Assembly (NCBI GenBank): GCA_028867035.1
Contig: JAGWHB010000006.1
Location: 23,918-87,917 of the forward strand
Direction: 5' to 3'
Origin: Nitrososphaerota archaeon
Lineage (GTDB): Archaea; Thermoproteota; Nitrososphaeria; Nitrososphaerales; Gagatemarchaeaceae
DNA: 64,000 bases
Below the pieces are notes generated by a model. That model was not told the origin of the DNA, made no database searches, and was given only the letters and a program-made list of their open reading frames with translations. Both the position numbers and the translations under genes were made by a program. This document shows, in pieces, positions 53,493-61,397 of this stretch; positions within the stretch are counted from its first letter, which is position 1; each line of letters starts with the position of its first letter.

Positions 53493-53812
53493 CAGGCATT
53501 TGGGGGACGCTCAGTACTACATAGGAGTTTTCGCTATACTCAGTCCAGGGTCTGTGAGCTGCTAACCGCTTCTGACGATGTACTCCCCGGAGTCGGCGTC
53601 CTTCACGTATATCGCCCTCCAGGGGCACGATGTCCATCTCGCCTCTCTTCTGGAGATTGGCTTTCCTCATGTCGGGGTTGCGCGTTATCGTGTCGGAGAG
53701 TGTCTCGCCGGGCCGCTTCGCGTTCGCGAGCATCCGTAGGCCTTGTCTGAGAGCTCGACGGACTGCGGCCTGTCTGCCGCAATGATGGGCGGTTCGCTAT
53801 TTATTCTAGAGC

Positions 53813-54187
53813 TTATCGGGCCCTGGCTTCTTCGTACACCGAGTCGTACTTCTCTTTCTTCGGCACGATGCAGATGAATTCCGCGTTCTCCCTTCCCGAG
53901 TTCTTGTACCAGTGGGGCGTTCCTGCGGGGATGTAGATGGAGTCCCCCGCCTTTACCTGCCGGACCTTGTCCCCGATCCCGATCCTGTACTTTCCTTTGA
54001 GGACGTACTGCTCGTGCTCTATGTCTGGGTGGTAGTGCCTGGGGATGCTCCCGCCTGGTTTGATTGTGAACTTCCTCATCTCGAAGTTCGGGGCTCCGTC
54101 GTGCCTGTCCACCAGCCACTGGATCTCCGTCTTGACGGCCTTGTCGACCTTCTGGGGGGCGACGGTCCCCTTTGGTTTTACCGACAT
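53813..54187 (-). CDS. Cupin-domain protein
   Basis: Internal ATG 54187 gives MSVKPKG... Cupin motifs: GGSIPRHYHPDIEHEQYVLKG and GDSIYIPAGTPHWYKN. The longer ORF-track N-terminus (to 54478) is low-complexity and overlaps a better ORF on the other strand. Confidence 0.8.
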   Translation of the reverse strand: MSVKPKGTVAPQKVDKAVKTEIQWLVDRHDGAPNFEMRKFTIKPGGSIPRHYHPDIEHEQYVLKGKYRIGIGDKVRQVKAGDSIYIPAGTPHWYKNSGRENAEFICIVPKKEKYDSVYEEARAR

Positions 54188-54302
54188 GCAGGAAGTTGTT
54201 CTGGTATCGCTCTTAAGTCTGACACTTTCAGGCTCCCCTCTCCCTGAACAGCCCGACATGCGCCCCTTATTCCTTATGTGAAGGCTGGCACGATGGCGGG
54301 TT

Positions 54303-54590
54303 TTGTTGAGCGCTAAGGGCGAGCTTGACGAAGAGATCGAGTCGTGGAAGGGGTTCCCCTGGGCCCTGCGCAAGGCCGAGCTGGAGGCGTGGAACCGCAT
54401 GATCAGGGAGATGAGGGAGCAGTTCGGGGACGCGGTCGAGAAGTCGGGGAGGACGTTCACCACCGACCCGTTCTTCATGGCCCTGCTGCTGGCTCAGCAG
54501 AAGATGATCAAGGGGCTGCTGGCCGAGCTGAAGGCTCGCGGAGTAGACACGGCCGGAGCCCCCGCGGCCAATTCGACTTTAGACGCTTAG
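54303..54590 (+). CDS. Hypothetical helical protein (95 aa)
   Basis: TTG start. Protein-like composition (..EEIESWKGFPWALRKAELEAWNRMIREMREQFG..). Divergent from the cupin gene. Confidence 0.5.
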   Translation: MLSAKGELDEEIESWKGFPWALRKAELEAWNRMIREMREQFGDAVEKSGRTFTTDPFFMALLLAQQKMIKGLLAELKARGVDTAGAPAANSTLDA

Positions 54591-55144
54591 GGTTTCTTCA
54601 TTTCCCGGTTCAGCCACCAGGCCAACACTATGGCGCCGGGAATCCCGATGACGACGAGGCCCCACACCAGGATCGTGAACATGGCGCCCACGACGTAGTT
54701 CAGGGTGAGGGTGCCGAGGGGGACATCCCACATGCCGTCGAGGTAGACCTTGATGGCGAACACGATGAAGAAGACCAGGCCCCCTGCCCCGCCCCCGCGT
54801 GCCGAGCGCCCGCGCTTTCCCCAGCGGAACTCCATCTTCATTTCGCCTGGGAATCTCTTCCACCACATCCAGCCTGCCACTGCGGCTATGGCTATCGGGA
54901 CCCCGATGAAAAGCAGCTCCCAGAAGGCCAGGTACAAGATGAATGTCACCAGATTCCCCATCGTCCAGAGACCCAGCAGCGGCGGCACAAGGCCAGACGA
55001 CTGGGCGGTGTTTGCGAACCACAGGAAGACGTAGACCGCTCCTGTGAAAGCCAGGGCGACTCCCAGCACTATTGCGGCGATCGCGCCCTTGTGTCTTCTC
55101 ATGGAGCTCCTCCAGTCAGAGCCCACCATGGCCATGCCTTCCAA
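54587..55144 (-). CDS. Hypothetical integral membrane protein (4-5 TM)
   Basis: 185 aa with hydrophobic helices separated by a basic Gly-rich loop. Confidence 0.65.
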   Translation of the reverse strand: MEGMAMVGSDWRSSMRRHKGAIAAIVLGVALAFTGAVYVFLWFANTAQSSGLVPPLLGLWTMGNLVTFILYLAFWELLFIGVPIAIAAVAGWMWWKRFPGEMKMEFRWGKRGRSARGGGAGGLVFFIVFAIKVYLDGMWDVPLGTLTLNYVVGAMFTILVWGLVVIGIPGAIVLAWWLNREMKKP

Positions 55145-55225
55145 CGACTCCCTGGTGTTATCTAATGGTTGTCCCTAAGGTCAGCAGCTGCGCGGGCCCG
55201 GCGGCCGACCCGCCTCGGAAACACC

Positions 55226-55978
55226 TCAAGCTGGAGTGCTGGGACGCCCGAGGGCCTTGAGGACCCTGTCGGGGTAATTGCTCACGACCCCGTCAGCCCC
55301 TATCCTCAGCGACTCTCCGATCTCCTCTTCGGAGTTGGCGGTCCATACGTAAGCCGGGTAGCCCAGGCCCCTCACGTAATCGACATGCGCTTTTGTTACG
55401 AAGTTCCAGAGGCCGTGTAGGGCGTCGAACTGACCCCCGAATTCGTCCGCGAAGGCGGCCATGTTTCCGATGAAGATGAAGCCCGTCTTCACCGAGCCCG
55501 ACTCGCGCCTGATGTTTCGTAGGCATCCGAGATCGAATGAAATCAGCTCCACCAGTTCGAGGGCGTCGTGGCGCTTTAGCTCTTCGACCACCTTGGACTC
55601 GACTCCCGGGTAGACGGAGGAGCCGTGCTTGACCTCCACCATCAGCGGGATTTGTTTCGGATATCTCTCGAGGACCTCGGCGAAGGTGGGGACGGGCTCG
55701 AATGTGCCCCAGGTGGACTTCGAAGCGGCGTTCAGCTTCCTCAGTTCGCCGGTGCTCATAGCGGAGATCCGCCCGTGTCCTCCTGTAGTCCTGTCGACCG
55801 TGTCGTCGTGCATCACGACGAGGTCTCCGTCCGCTGACGGGTGCACGTCCAATTCGATCATGTCCGCACCCATCTTGACTGCCAGGTCGAAGGATGCGAA
55901 AGTGTTCTCCGGCCGGTGCCCCGACGCCCCCCTGTGCGCTACGACGACCGGTCCATTCTGCCTGGTCAGGCTGACCAT
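55226..55978 (-). CDS. Glycerophosphodiester phosphodiesterase
   Basis: VVAHRGASGHRPENTFASF, IELDVHPSADGDLVVMHDDTVDRTT. Confidence 0.9.
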   Translation of the reverse strand: MVSLTRQNGPVVVAHRGASGHRPENTFASFDLAVKMGADMIELDVHPSADGDLVVMHDDTVDRTTGGHGRISAMSTGELRKLNAASKSTWGTFEPVPTFAEVLERYPKQIPLMVEVKHGSSVYPGVESKVVEELKRHDALELVELISFDLGCLRNIRRESGSVKTGFIFIGNMAAFADEFGGQFDALHGLWNFVTKAHVDYVRGLGYPAYVWTANSEEEIGESLRIGADGVVSNYPDRVLKALGRPSTPA

Positions 55979-56164
55979 GCCCTCGCAGACCCCTGGACTT
56001 CGTTTAAGGTTGTTTGACAGAGAACGCCGGTCTGCACAAAATGCGCCGGACGGGGACGGGTGTTTCGACTGACTTCACGGACGTCGATCTGGTTGTTGCG
56101 CCTCCGCCGACAGATTGAAAGGGTGCCCACCGGACAAAGTGGACGGAGTGCTTCGCCCTTGAAG

Positions 56165-56371
56165 ATGTCTGTTTCCGAGGTCATCGTCATAGCGAAGAGG
56201 TTCCTGAAGGATGAGGCAGGGTTCGACCTCGTCAGAATCGCGAGCGTCGTAGGCGTCGAGGCGGAATCTATCTGGAAGGTAGTCGCAGACATAGGCCAGC
56301 CCACGACAAACAAGAAGGAGCTTATCGTGGACGACGGGGACGGGAAGATAGTCTCCTACAAGGAAGTCTAG
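56165..56371 (+). CDS. Small conserved hypothetical protein (68 aa), paralog of 63506..63778
   Basis: ATG 56165 gives MSVSEVIVIAKRFLKDEAGF..WKVVADIGQPTTNKKELIVDDGDGKIVSYKEV. By-eye identity to the 63506 product is about 50 percent. Confidence 0.65.
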   Translation: MSVSEVIVIAKRFLKDEAGFDLVRIASVVGVEAESIWKVVADIGQPTTNKKELIVDDGDGKIVSYKEV

Positions 56372-56378
56372 CGCATCG

Positions 56379-57167
56379 CTAGACGGGCGGGCTAGGGCTG
56401 AACAGGCTCTTGGGACAGGATGAGTTGTACTCACAGGCGCGGCACTTGCCGATGCTCGAGCTCGATGTCGGCTCGCGCTCCCCCAGCCAGTACCCGGCCT
56501 TCGAATCGATCGCCTTCTCTGCCTTGGCCGGCTCGTGCTGGAGCAGGTGCACCTTCATCCTTCCGGGATATCTGACTTCCAGCCACTTGGTCTTCCCTTC
56601 GATCAGGGCGCCGGAGACCTTCAGGATCCACTCCTTCTTCTCGTCGTCGCTCAGCTCGGCAGACTTCACCCTCACCACCGCCAGCTGCATCATGGAGCAG
56701 TCGAACCCCATCCTCTCGAGGAGCAGGCCGTAGATCCTGACCTGGTTCTCCTGGTCTTCCCAGAGCGGGGTCGGATCCCCCTTCGTCGTCTTGAGCTCCA
56801 CGACCCAGAGGGGCCTCCCCTCGGACCAGATCACATGGTCAGGGACCCCCACGACCTTCAGCCTGCCCGAAGGTCCCCAGAGCCCCAGCACCGCCAGGGA
56901 CGGCTCCTTCTTTCCGACGAGGTCGGCGAACTCTTCCTTGGTTATCTTCTCCGTCGGCATCAGCTCGTCGTGGAGGGCCGTGCCCGAGTCCTTCGCCTCG
57001 GTGGGGATCTCCCCCAGGGCGAATTCGTTCTCCAGCTTGTACTCGCAGTAGAACTGCTCCGCTATGGAGGAGACCGGGACGAACGAGGTGCCGTGCCTGA
57101 ACTCTGCCTTACCTGAGTCGAAGAACTCCCGCTCATTCTTCCAAAGCTGATCCCAGAAGCGCAGCAA
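56379..57167 (-). CDS. Cas4-like PD-(D/E)XK nuclease with four-Cys Fe-S cluster signature (DUF83/RecB-type), not CRISPR-linked
   Basis: TTG 57167 gives MLRFWDQLWKNE... Cys1 QFYCEYK; nuclease core PDHVIW..VVELKTTK; QxxxY NQVRIYGLLL; C-terminal CRACEYNSSC (Cx2Cx5C). AATTTA box about 29 nt upstream. The ORF-track N-terminal 158 aa are Arg/Pro-rich and implausible. Confidence 0.8.
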   Translation of the reverse strand: MLRFWDQLWKNEREFFDSGKAEFRHGTSFVPVSSIAEQFYCEYKLENEFALGEIPTEAKDSGTALHDELMPTEKITKEEFADLVGKKEPSLAVLGLWGPSGRLKVVGVPDHVIWSEGRPLWVVELKTTKGDPTPLWEDQENQVRIYGLLLERMGFDCSMMQLAVVRVKSAELSDDEKKEWILKVSGALIEGKTKWLEVRYPGRMKVHLLQHEPAKAEKAIDSKAGYWLGEREPTSSSSIGKCRACEYNSSCPKSLFSPSPPV

Positions 57168-57313
57168 TCGGCTGCCCTTTGGGAGAGGGGGCCTAAATTG
57201 TATCGCAGGCCTGCTGCACCTGGAGCTCCTCCGCTGGGGGTACCGCGTCACGCTTTGGAGTATGGCTTTGGGCGGCTGAACGGTGGTCTTGTCTGAAATC
57301 GTCTCGTGGTGTT

Positions 57314-57946
57314 CTAGCCTGTCCGCTCTGTCGGCTCCGCGGCGAACGACCCGGTCTTCACCTCTCCCGCGCGCACGTATGTGGCTGCTACGACCCCTTT
57401 GGGCGAGGCTCTGCAATCTGTGAGCTCGAACCCGGCCGGGATGGATCCTTCGGCGAAGAGGCGCTTGCCGGTTCCGAGTGTGATGGGGAAGACCTTCAAG
57501 CGGAATTCGTCGACCAGGTCGTTCTTCAGGAGCGTCTGGATCAGCATGCTGCTGCCGTGTACCTGCAGTTCCGGGCCGACCTGGTCCTTGAGGCTCCTGA
57601 CCTCCTGGGCGACGTCTCCTGAGACGCGCACCGAGTTGGCCCAATCGAGCTTCTCCAACGTGGTGGTCACGACGAACTTCCTAGCGCCGTTCAGCTCCTT
57701 TGCCCCGGGGACCTCGTCGCCCATGCGGGGCCAGTATGCCGCGAAAAGCTCGTAGGTCTTCCTCCCGAGGAGCAGGTCGAAGGGAGCCTTCATCTGCTCG
57801 GCCATCACGTTGCCCAGGAAGTCGTCCCAGTATCCGGCGACCCACCCTCCGTGCTTGAATCCGCCGGACGGGTCTTCCTCGGGTCCGCCGGGTGCCTGCA
57901 TCACACCGTCGAGCGTCAGGAAAGTCAGGACGGCAAGCTTCCTCAT
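57314..57946 (-). CDS. Dihydrofolate-reductase-like (RibD C-terminal domain) family protein
   Basis: ATG 57946 gives MRKLAVLTFLTLDGVMQAPGGPEED..LLLGRKTYELFAAYWP.., typical of the YwjB/RibD_C family. Confidence 0.8.
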   Translation of the reverse strand: MRKLAVLTFLTLDGVMQAPGGPEEDPSGGFKHGGWVAGYWDDFLGNVMAEQMKAPFDLLLGRKTYELFAAYWPRMGDEVPGAKELNGARKFVVTTTLEKLDWANSVRVSGDVAQEVRSLKDQVGPELQVHGSSMLIQTLLKNDLVDEFRLKVFPITLGTGKRLFAEGSIPAGFELTDCRASPKGVVAATYVRAGEVKTGSFAAEPTERTG

Positions 57947-58203
57947 CGGGACTTGGGGCTGGCCCGGAGTAGAAAAGCATGCGGGACCATCAGGGCCCTC
58001 CAGCAGCATTGTGAAAAGTCGGTGTCAACGAGCCTTCCTTCCGCTCAGGGGGTTCATCATGCCTCTGCTGGGAGTATGCCATTCCAGCACTTCGCAAAGA
58101 TTCGGTGGGACCTCAACGAGTGGTACTACCCATGGAGCACTGGGGACCCCTCGTCGCCTAATGTCATGGTATACAAGCCGTGCCCAACCCCGACAAATGA
58201 ACC

Positions 58204-58211
58204 GTTAAATT
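58204..58211 (+). promoter_or_regulatory. TATA-like box (GTTAAATT) for the 58236-59472 cassette
   Basis: Centred about 28 nt upstream of the TTG start at 58236. Confidence 0.3.
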
Positions 58212-58235
58212 GATGATATTACCACTCTTGGAGCC

Positions 58236-58820
58236 TTGGGCCTCCCTGCGGCGGCGGCGGCCATCATTGCTGTCTTGCTCTCGGCATCCTTCATTGGTCT
58301 GGGTCTCCGAAAGTTCGCCAAGGGTAGGGACGGAAAATACAGCCTGACAAACGTGCAGCTGATCATGTGGACGGGAGTAATCATCGGCAGCTACGTCGGC
58401 ATCTCCGCTCTCAACGGCGGCTTCCTAGGAGACCTCCCAGCCAACCTGATGGAATTGATGGGGATAAGTGCCGGCTCGTACGTGACTGCGGCCAGCACCC
58501 GCGCAGCACAGAGCGGCAGAATGAAGAGGAAGCATCCAGCGATATACCAAGCCAAGAGGAGGCCCCCATCCCATGGGATTCTGGACCTCGTGACCGCTGA
58601 GGGAGACTCTGAGCATTGGAGCATTCCAAAACTCCAGGTGCTCTTCTGGACCGCTGTAGCGATTCTGATTTACGTCATCGTCGCCGCCAACAACTTCCAG
58701 TCCGGGAGCAATTCGTTACCTGACCCGGGATCCGGCCTCGTCATCCTTATGGGAATCAGCCATGGGGCATACCTCGGGAACAAGCTGTCAGACGACCCGT
58801 TCGAAGCCGATATGCCATGA
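58236..58820 (+). CDS. Hypothetical membrane protein with an internal duplication (2 x [TM + LMGISxGxY segment])
   Basis: 194 aa. Repeat 1: SLTNVQLIMWTGVIIGSYV..DLPANLMELMGISAGSYV. Repeat 2: SIPKLQVLFWTAVAILIYV..SLPDPGSGLVILMGISHGAYL. I recognise no family. Confidence 0.7.
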   Translation: MGLPAAAAAIIAVLLSASFIGLGLRKFAKGRDGKYSLTNVQLIMWTGVIIGSYVGISALNGGFLGDLPANLMELMGISAGSYVTAASTRAAQSGRMKRKHPAIYQAKRRPPSHGILDLVTAEGDSEHWSIPKLQVLFWTAVAILIYVIVAANNFQSGSNSLPDPGSGLVILMGISHGAYLGNKLSDDPFEADMP

Positions 58821-59002
58821 GAGACTCCTTCGAAAGGGGAAGAATCATGGCCACTAATTTCGAGCCCAATTTCTACGCCAGCTTCTGCATGTCGTCAACG
58901 GGGGCGTCATCCCCAGGGCTCCTTTTGGGATTGACAGCTCTGGTGAGTGGACCAAAGCAAGCAGACCTTGGAAAATCATCTATGATGTGGATTTCTACGT
59001 GA
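58817..59002 (+). CDS. Small hypothetical protein (61 aa, or 51 aa from the internal ATG) with one hydrophobic stretch
   Basis: The start overlaps the upstream stop (ATGA) and the stop overlaps the downstream start (TGATG), so translational coupling on both sides supports it being real. Confidence 0.45.
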   Translation: MRDSFERGRIMATNFEPNFYASFCMSSTGASSPGLLLGLTALVSGPKQADLGKSSMMWIST

Positions 59003-59472
59003 TGTTCCTGTTTAACGAGCAGAAACTGCTATCGAGGGAGCAGCTGAAGATACAGGACAAGCTGCAAGAAACCTTCCGGACGTTCGGGAGAGAAATCGGG
59101 ATGAAGGCCCTGGCAATCAGCCTGGTGAAGGAGGACGGCCGGCTGTTGGACGTTGAGAAGGATAGGGAGTACCAAGATAAGTTCGGATTGGACTCGGCCA
59201 AGGCGCCCCATATCGTAGTCCTCGACACTCATCCAGATGATTGGACCCCTGGCAATAGGATAGTCCGCTTTAGCCTTAACCGTACTCCTTCTGCTCGGCT
59301 ATACATAATCCTGGATGACGTCGCCGATTTGGTCCGAAGGCATGAGATCCTGAGGCACAAGCTCAAGCTCAGGATGATTTACGAAGGGATGAAGAAATGG
59401 CTCAACGACCATCGGAAGGACCTCAGGGAGGGAGCCGAGGTCGTTGGCCAGCTCAAGAACTTGGCTGCCTGA
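59002..59472 (+). CDS. Hypothetical alpha/beta protein (156 aa)
   Basis: ATG 59002 gives MFLFNEQKLLSREQ..APHIVVLDTHPDDW..LYIILDDVADLVRRH... I recognise no family. Lower GC. Confidence 0.65.
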   Translation: MFLFNEQKLLSREQLKIQDKLQETFRTFGREIGMKALAISLVKEDGRLLDVEKDREYQDKFGLDSAKAPHIVVLDTHPDDWTPGNRIVRFSLNRTPSARLYIILDDVADLVRRHEILRHKLKLRMIYEGMKKWLNDHRKDLREGAEVVGQLKNLAA

Positions 59473-59587
59473 CCACCAGTCCACTGAATAGCTTCGGCCT
59501 CCCCTCCCTCGGCGCCCAGCCTTGGCTTGGCCTTTCCCTTTATCTCCAGTCTAGGGACGTAATGCTCAGATCAGAAACTGACACGGA

Positions 59588-59911
59588 ATGAAAAGACCGA
59601 AAGATGTCATCGTTAGACTGGACCCAGCGTGCTGCGAATGGTTCAGGAACCTTCCGCCCGGGATAATCAGGAAGAAGGTTGATGCGATGCTGGATACTCT
59701 GCAGGAGAAGCCCGACGCCGGCGACCACGTGCAGAGGAGCCTGTGGCCGAAGACAGGCGCCTACCAAGGAATCAACAATCTGTGGCGGTATGAGATTGAC
59801 AACGAAATGCGGGCGTCGTACACCCTCATGAAGGAAGGCGACAGTATTACCGTCAGGGTAATCGAAATCTTCCAGAACCATAAGAGCTACGAGATGCGGT
59901 TCGGCTACTGA
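59588..59911 (+). CDS. RelE/ParE-superfamily toxin-like protein
   Basis: 107 aa. N-terminal helices (..WFRNLPPGIIRKKVDAMLDTLQEKP) and C-terminal NLWRYEIDNEMRASYTL..ITVRVIEIFQNHKSYEMRF match the layout of archaeal RelE as I recall it. Confidence 0.65.
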   Translation: MKRPKDVIVRLDPACCEWFRNLPPGIIRKKVDAMLDTLQEKPDAGDHVQRSLWPKTGAYQGINNLWRYEIDNEMRASYTLMKEGDSITVRVIEIFQNHKSYEMRFGY

Positions 59912-59915
59912 GCCT

Positions 59916-60200
59916 CTATCTGACCCTGACCGCCCTGTCGAAGAGGGCCTGTAGTTTGGGATTGTCCGCCGCTACCCAGATCACCCTTTCGTCCTTGTCG
60001 ATCATGATTTTGCCCGAGGCGTCCAGGTACTCGATGGCCCTCCTGAAGGTCTGATACATGGTGCGCTTCGGGAGGGACTTCCAGAGTTCGGTCCTTCTTG
60101 GAGGGATCTCTGATTCCTTGATCGTCCGCTCTATCATGAGCAGCGTTTCCAGGGTAGGCCAATGCCCCTGCGCACCTGCGGTGAGCGCAGACGATTTCAT
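59916..60200 (-). CDS. Small winged-helix-like hypothetical protein (94 aa)
   Basis: ATG start with a strong TATA box 25 nt upstream. ..RTMYQTFRRAIEYLDASGKIMIDKDERVIWV resembles a wHTH recognition helix + wing. Confidence 0.55.
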   Translation of the reverse strand: MKSSALTAGAQGHWPTLETLLMIERTIKESEIPPRRTELWKSLPKRTMYQTFRRAIEYLDASGKIMIDKDERVIWVAADNPKLQALFDRAVRVR

Positions 60201-60220
60201 GAACTAACATAAGCCCGTTG

Positions 60221-60230
60221 ATTATATAAA
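60221..60230 (-). promoter_or_regulatory. TATA box (TTTATATAAT) for the 94-aa gene, implying a leaderless mRNA
   Basis: Minus-strand TTTATATAAT centred about 25 nt upstream of ATG 60200. Confidence 0.4.
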
Positions 60231-60494
60231 TCTATATGATAGAATGGGACGCCGGGGGAGACTCGGATCGGCACTGGTCGCATGCGCTGCCGAGAGGGAC
60301 ATGATGACGGCAAGCGACATGACCACCATGATGTCCGAAACAATGGCCAACCGCCGATTCGAGCGTCGACTCCCCAAGGACGTGCTTTGCCATTGGAATC
60401 TATTGATAATAATTGTCGCCGACTTGGAATATGGAGAGCTCATATTTCGTGTCGTGAAATTGCATGGTATGATCTGCCCGCCTTGTGTCGGGTT

Positions 60495-61331
60495 TCAGGC
60501 CTTCCGGGCCGCCTCGTCCGGGGTCCGCTGCCGCACCTCCGGTTGATTCTCGACCATACTTACGAAGTTCCCCAGGTAGTCCGTGAGAAGCCTACGGTAT
60601 TCGTCATCGGTGATGTCCTCCCTTAGGCTCGTCAGGAGGTTCAGGAAGTATCCGAACCTGTTTGCGATGGCAGGATCCACTTTCGAGAGGAATCGTTGGT
60701 TCTCCGCTGCTGCCTTTCCGCCCAGGTCCTCCACCCCGTGTCGGGTCATCTGTGCGATTGCCCGCGCGTTGTTTGTCATTGTCCAGCCATTGAGCCACCT
60801 GACTTTGGTAGCGTCATTCCCCTCGGCTAGGTCGCTCTTTACCCAGTCCTGGAGGAAACGGCTCATGAGATCCGGCGGCAGTGTCTTGTCATCCTTCATT
60901 AACTGGACCGCTATGTCGTCGGCATACAGGTCCTCGATGTTGTTCGTCAGGTCGTAGATAATCTTCCGTTGGTAGTCATGGTGGAGGGCCCGTTCCCCCA
61001 GACTGCCGACTGCTTCTTCAACCACTTGTGCGCTATGGGAGGGGTGCCCCGTCTTCATCCTGTAGATGTGAGACATCTCGTGAAGGAGAAGGCCTTTGAG
61101 CATAATCGATTCGACAGCGCCGCCCGAAACAACAATCCTGTACCCTCCGCCTTCGGGATGAGTGTATCCCATAAACGGGAGCCTTGGGTCGACGGAGACC
61201 TGGATTCCATTTCCTACGTCGAACCCCGCCTTACTCATCATTTCCATGGCGGCCTTCTGGGCCCCCGCCACCCGCTCCGAGTCCCGGTTCGTCATCGGCC
61301 GGAAGCGAATGCTCTTGTCTGATAAAATCAT
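60495..61331 (-). CDS. Putative zinc metallopeptidase (HExxH motif)
   Basis: LLLHEMSHIYRM. The ORF extends to 61379, but that leaves only 18 nt to the divergent methyltransferase start. ATG 61331 (MILSDKS..) places an A/T-rich box (61359-61366) about 31-35 nt from both starts. Confidence 0.6.
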   Translation of the reverse strand: MILSDKSIRFRPMTNRDSERVAGAQKAAMEMMSKAGFDVGNGIQVSVDPRLPFMGYTHPEGGGYRIVVSGGAVESIMLKGLLLHEMSHIYRMKTGHPSHSAQVVEEAVGSLGERALHHDYQRKIIYDLTNNIEDLYADDIAVQLMKDDKTLPPDLMSRFLQDWVKSDLAEGNDATKVRWLNGWTMTNNARAIAQMTRHGVEDLGGKAAAENQRFLSKVDPAIANRFGYFLNLLTSLREDITDDEYRRLLTDYLGNFVSMVENQPEVRQRTPDEAARKA

Positions 61332-61397
61332 CGCAAACAGGGTTAGTTCGCCTCCGCCAAGAAAAGCCGAATAGTCCACCCTCTACCGTGTGAGGGT

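Noticed and set aside
53493-53812. A 320-bp gap with a 186-aa shadow ORF (53173..53733). Its first 40 codons (MLANAKRPGETLSDTITRNPDMRKANLQKRGEMDIVPLEGDI) look protein-like and could continue, after a frameshift at a GATATA run, as YVKDADSGEYIVRSG*.
   Set aside because: This requires an assumed frameshift, shows no recognisable family, and yields a product under 60 aa. That is too speculative for a feature call.
57150-57170. The minus-strand ATTGCTGCGCTTCTGGG at the Cas4-like start resembles the 26-nt repeat core ATTGCTGCGTGCTGGG.
   Set aside because: Only a 9-mer is identical, with an indel after it. A chance match of this length is expected in 128 kb of two-strand sequence.
58211-58217. TGATGAT (C-box-like) upstream of the membrane cassette.
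   Set aside because: There is no D box (CUGA) within 70 nt downstream, and it overlaps the predicted TATA-to-start interval.
60295-60350. ATGATGA-N12-TGAC-N4-ATGATGT-N12-CCAA has the spacing of an archaeal C/D-box sRNA (C, D', C', D).
   Set aside because: Neither putative D box matches CUGA, no terminal stem is evident, and the pattern is equally explained by a run of ATGA repeats.
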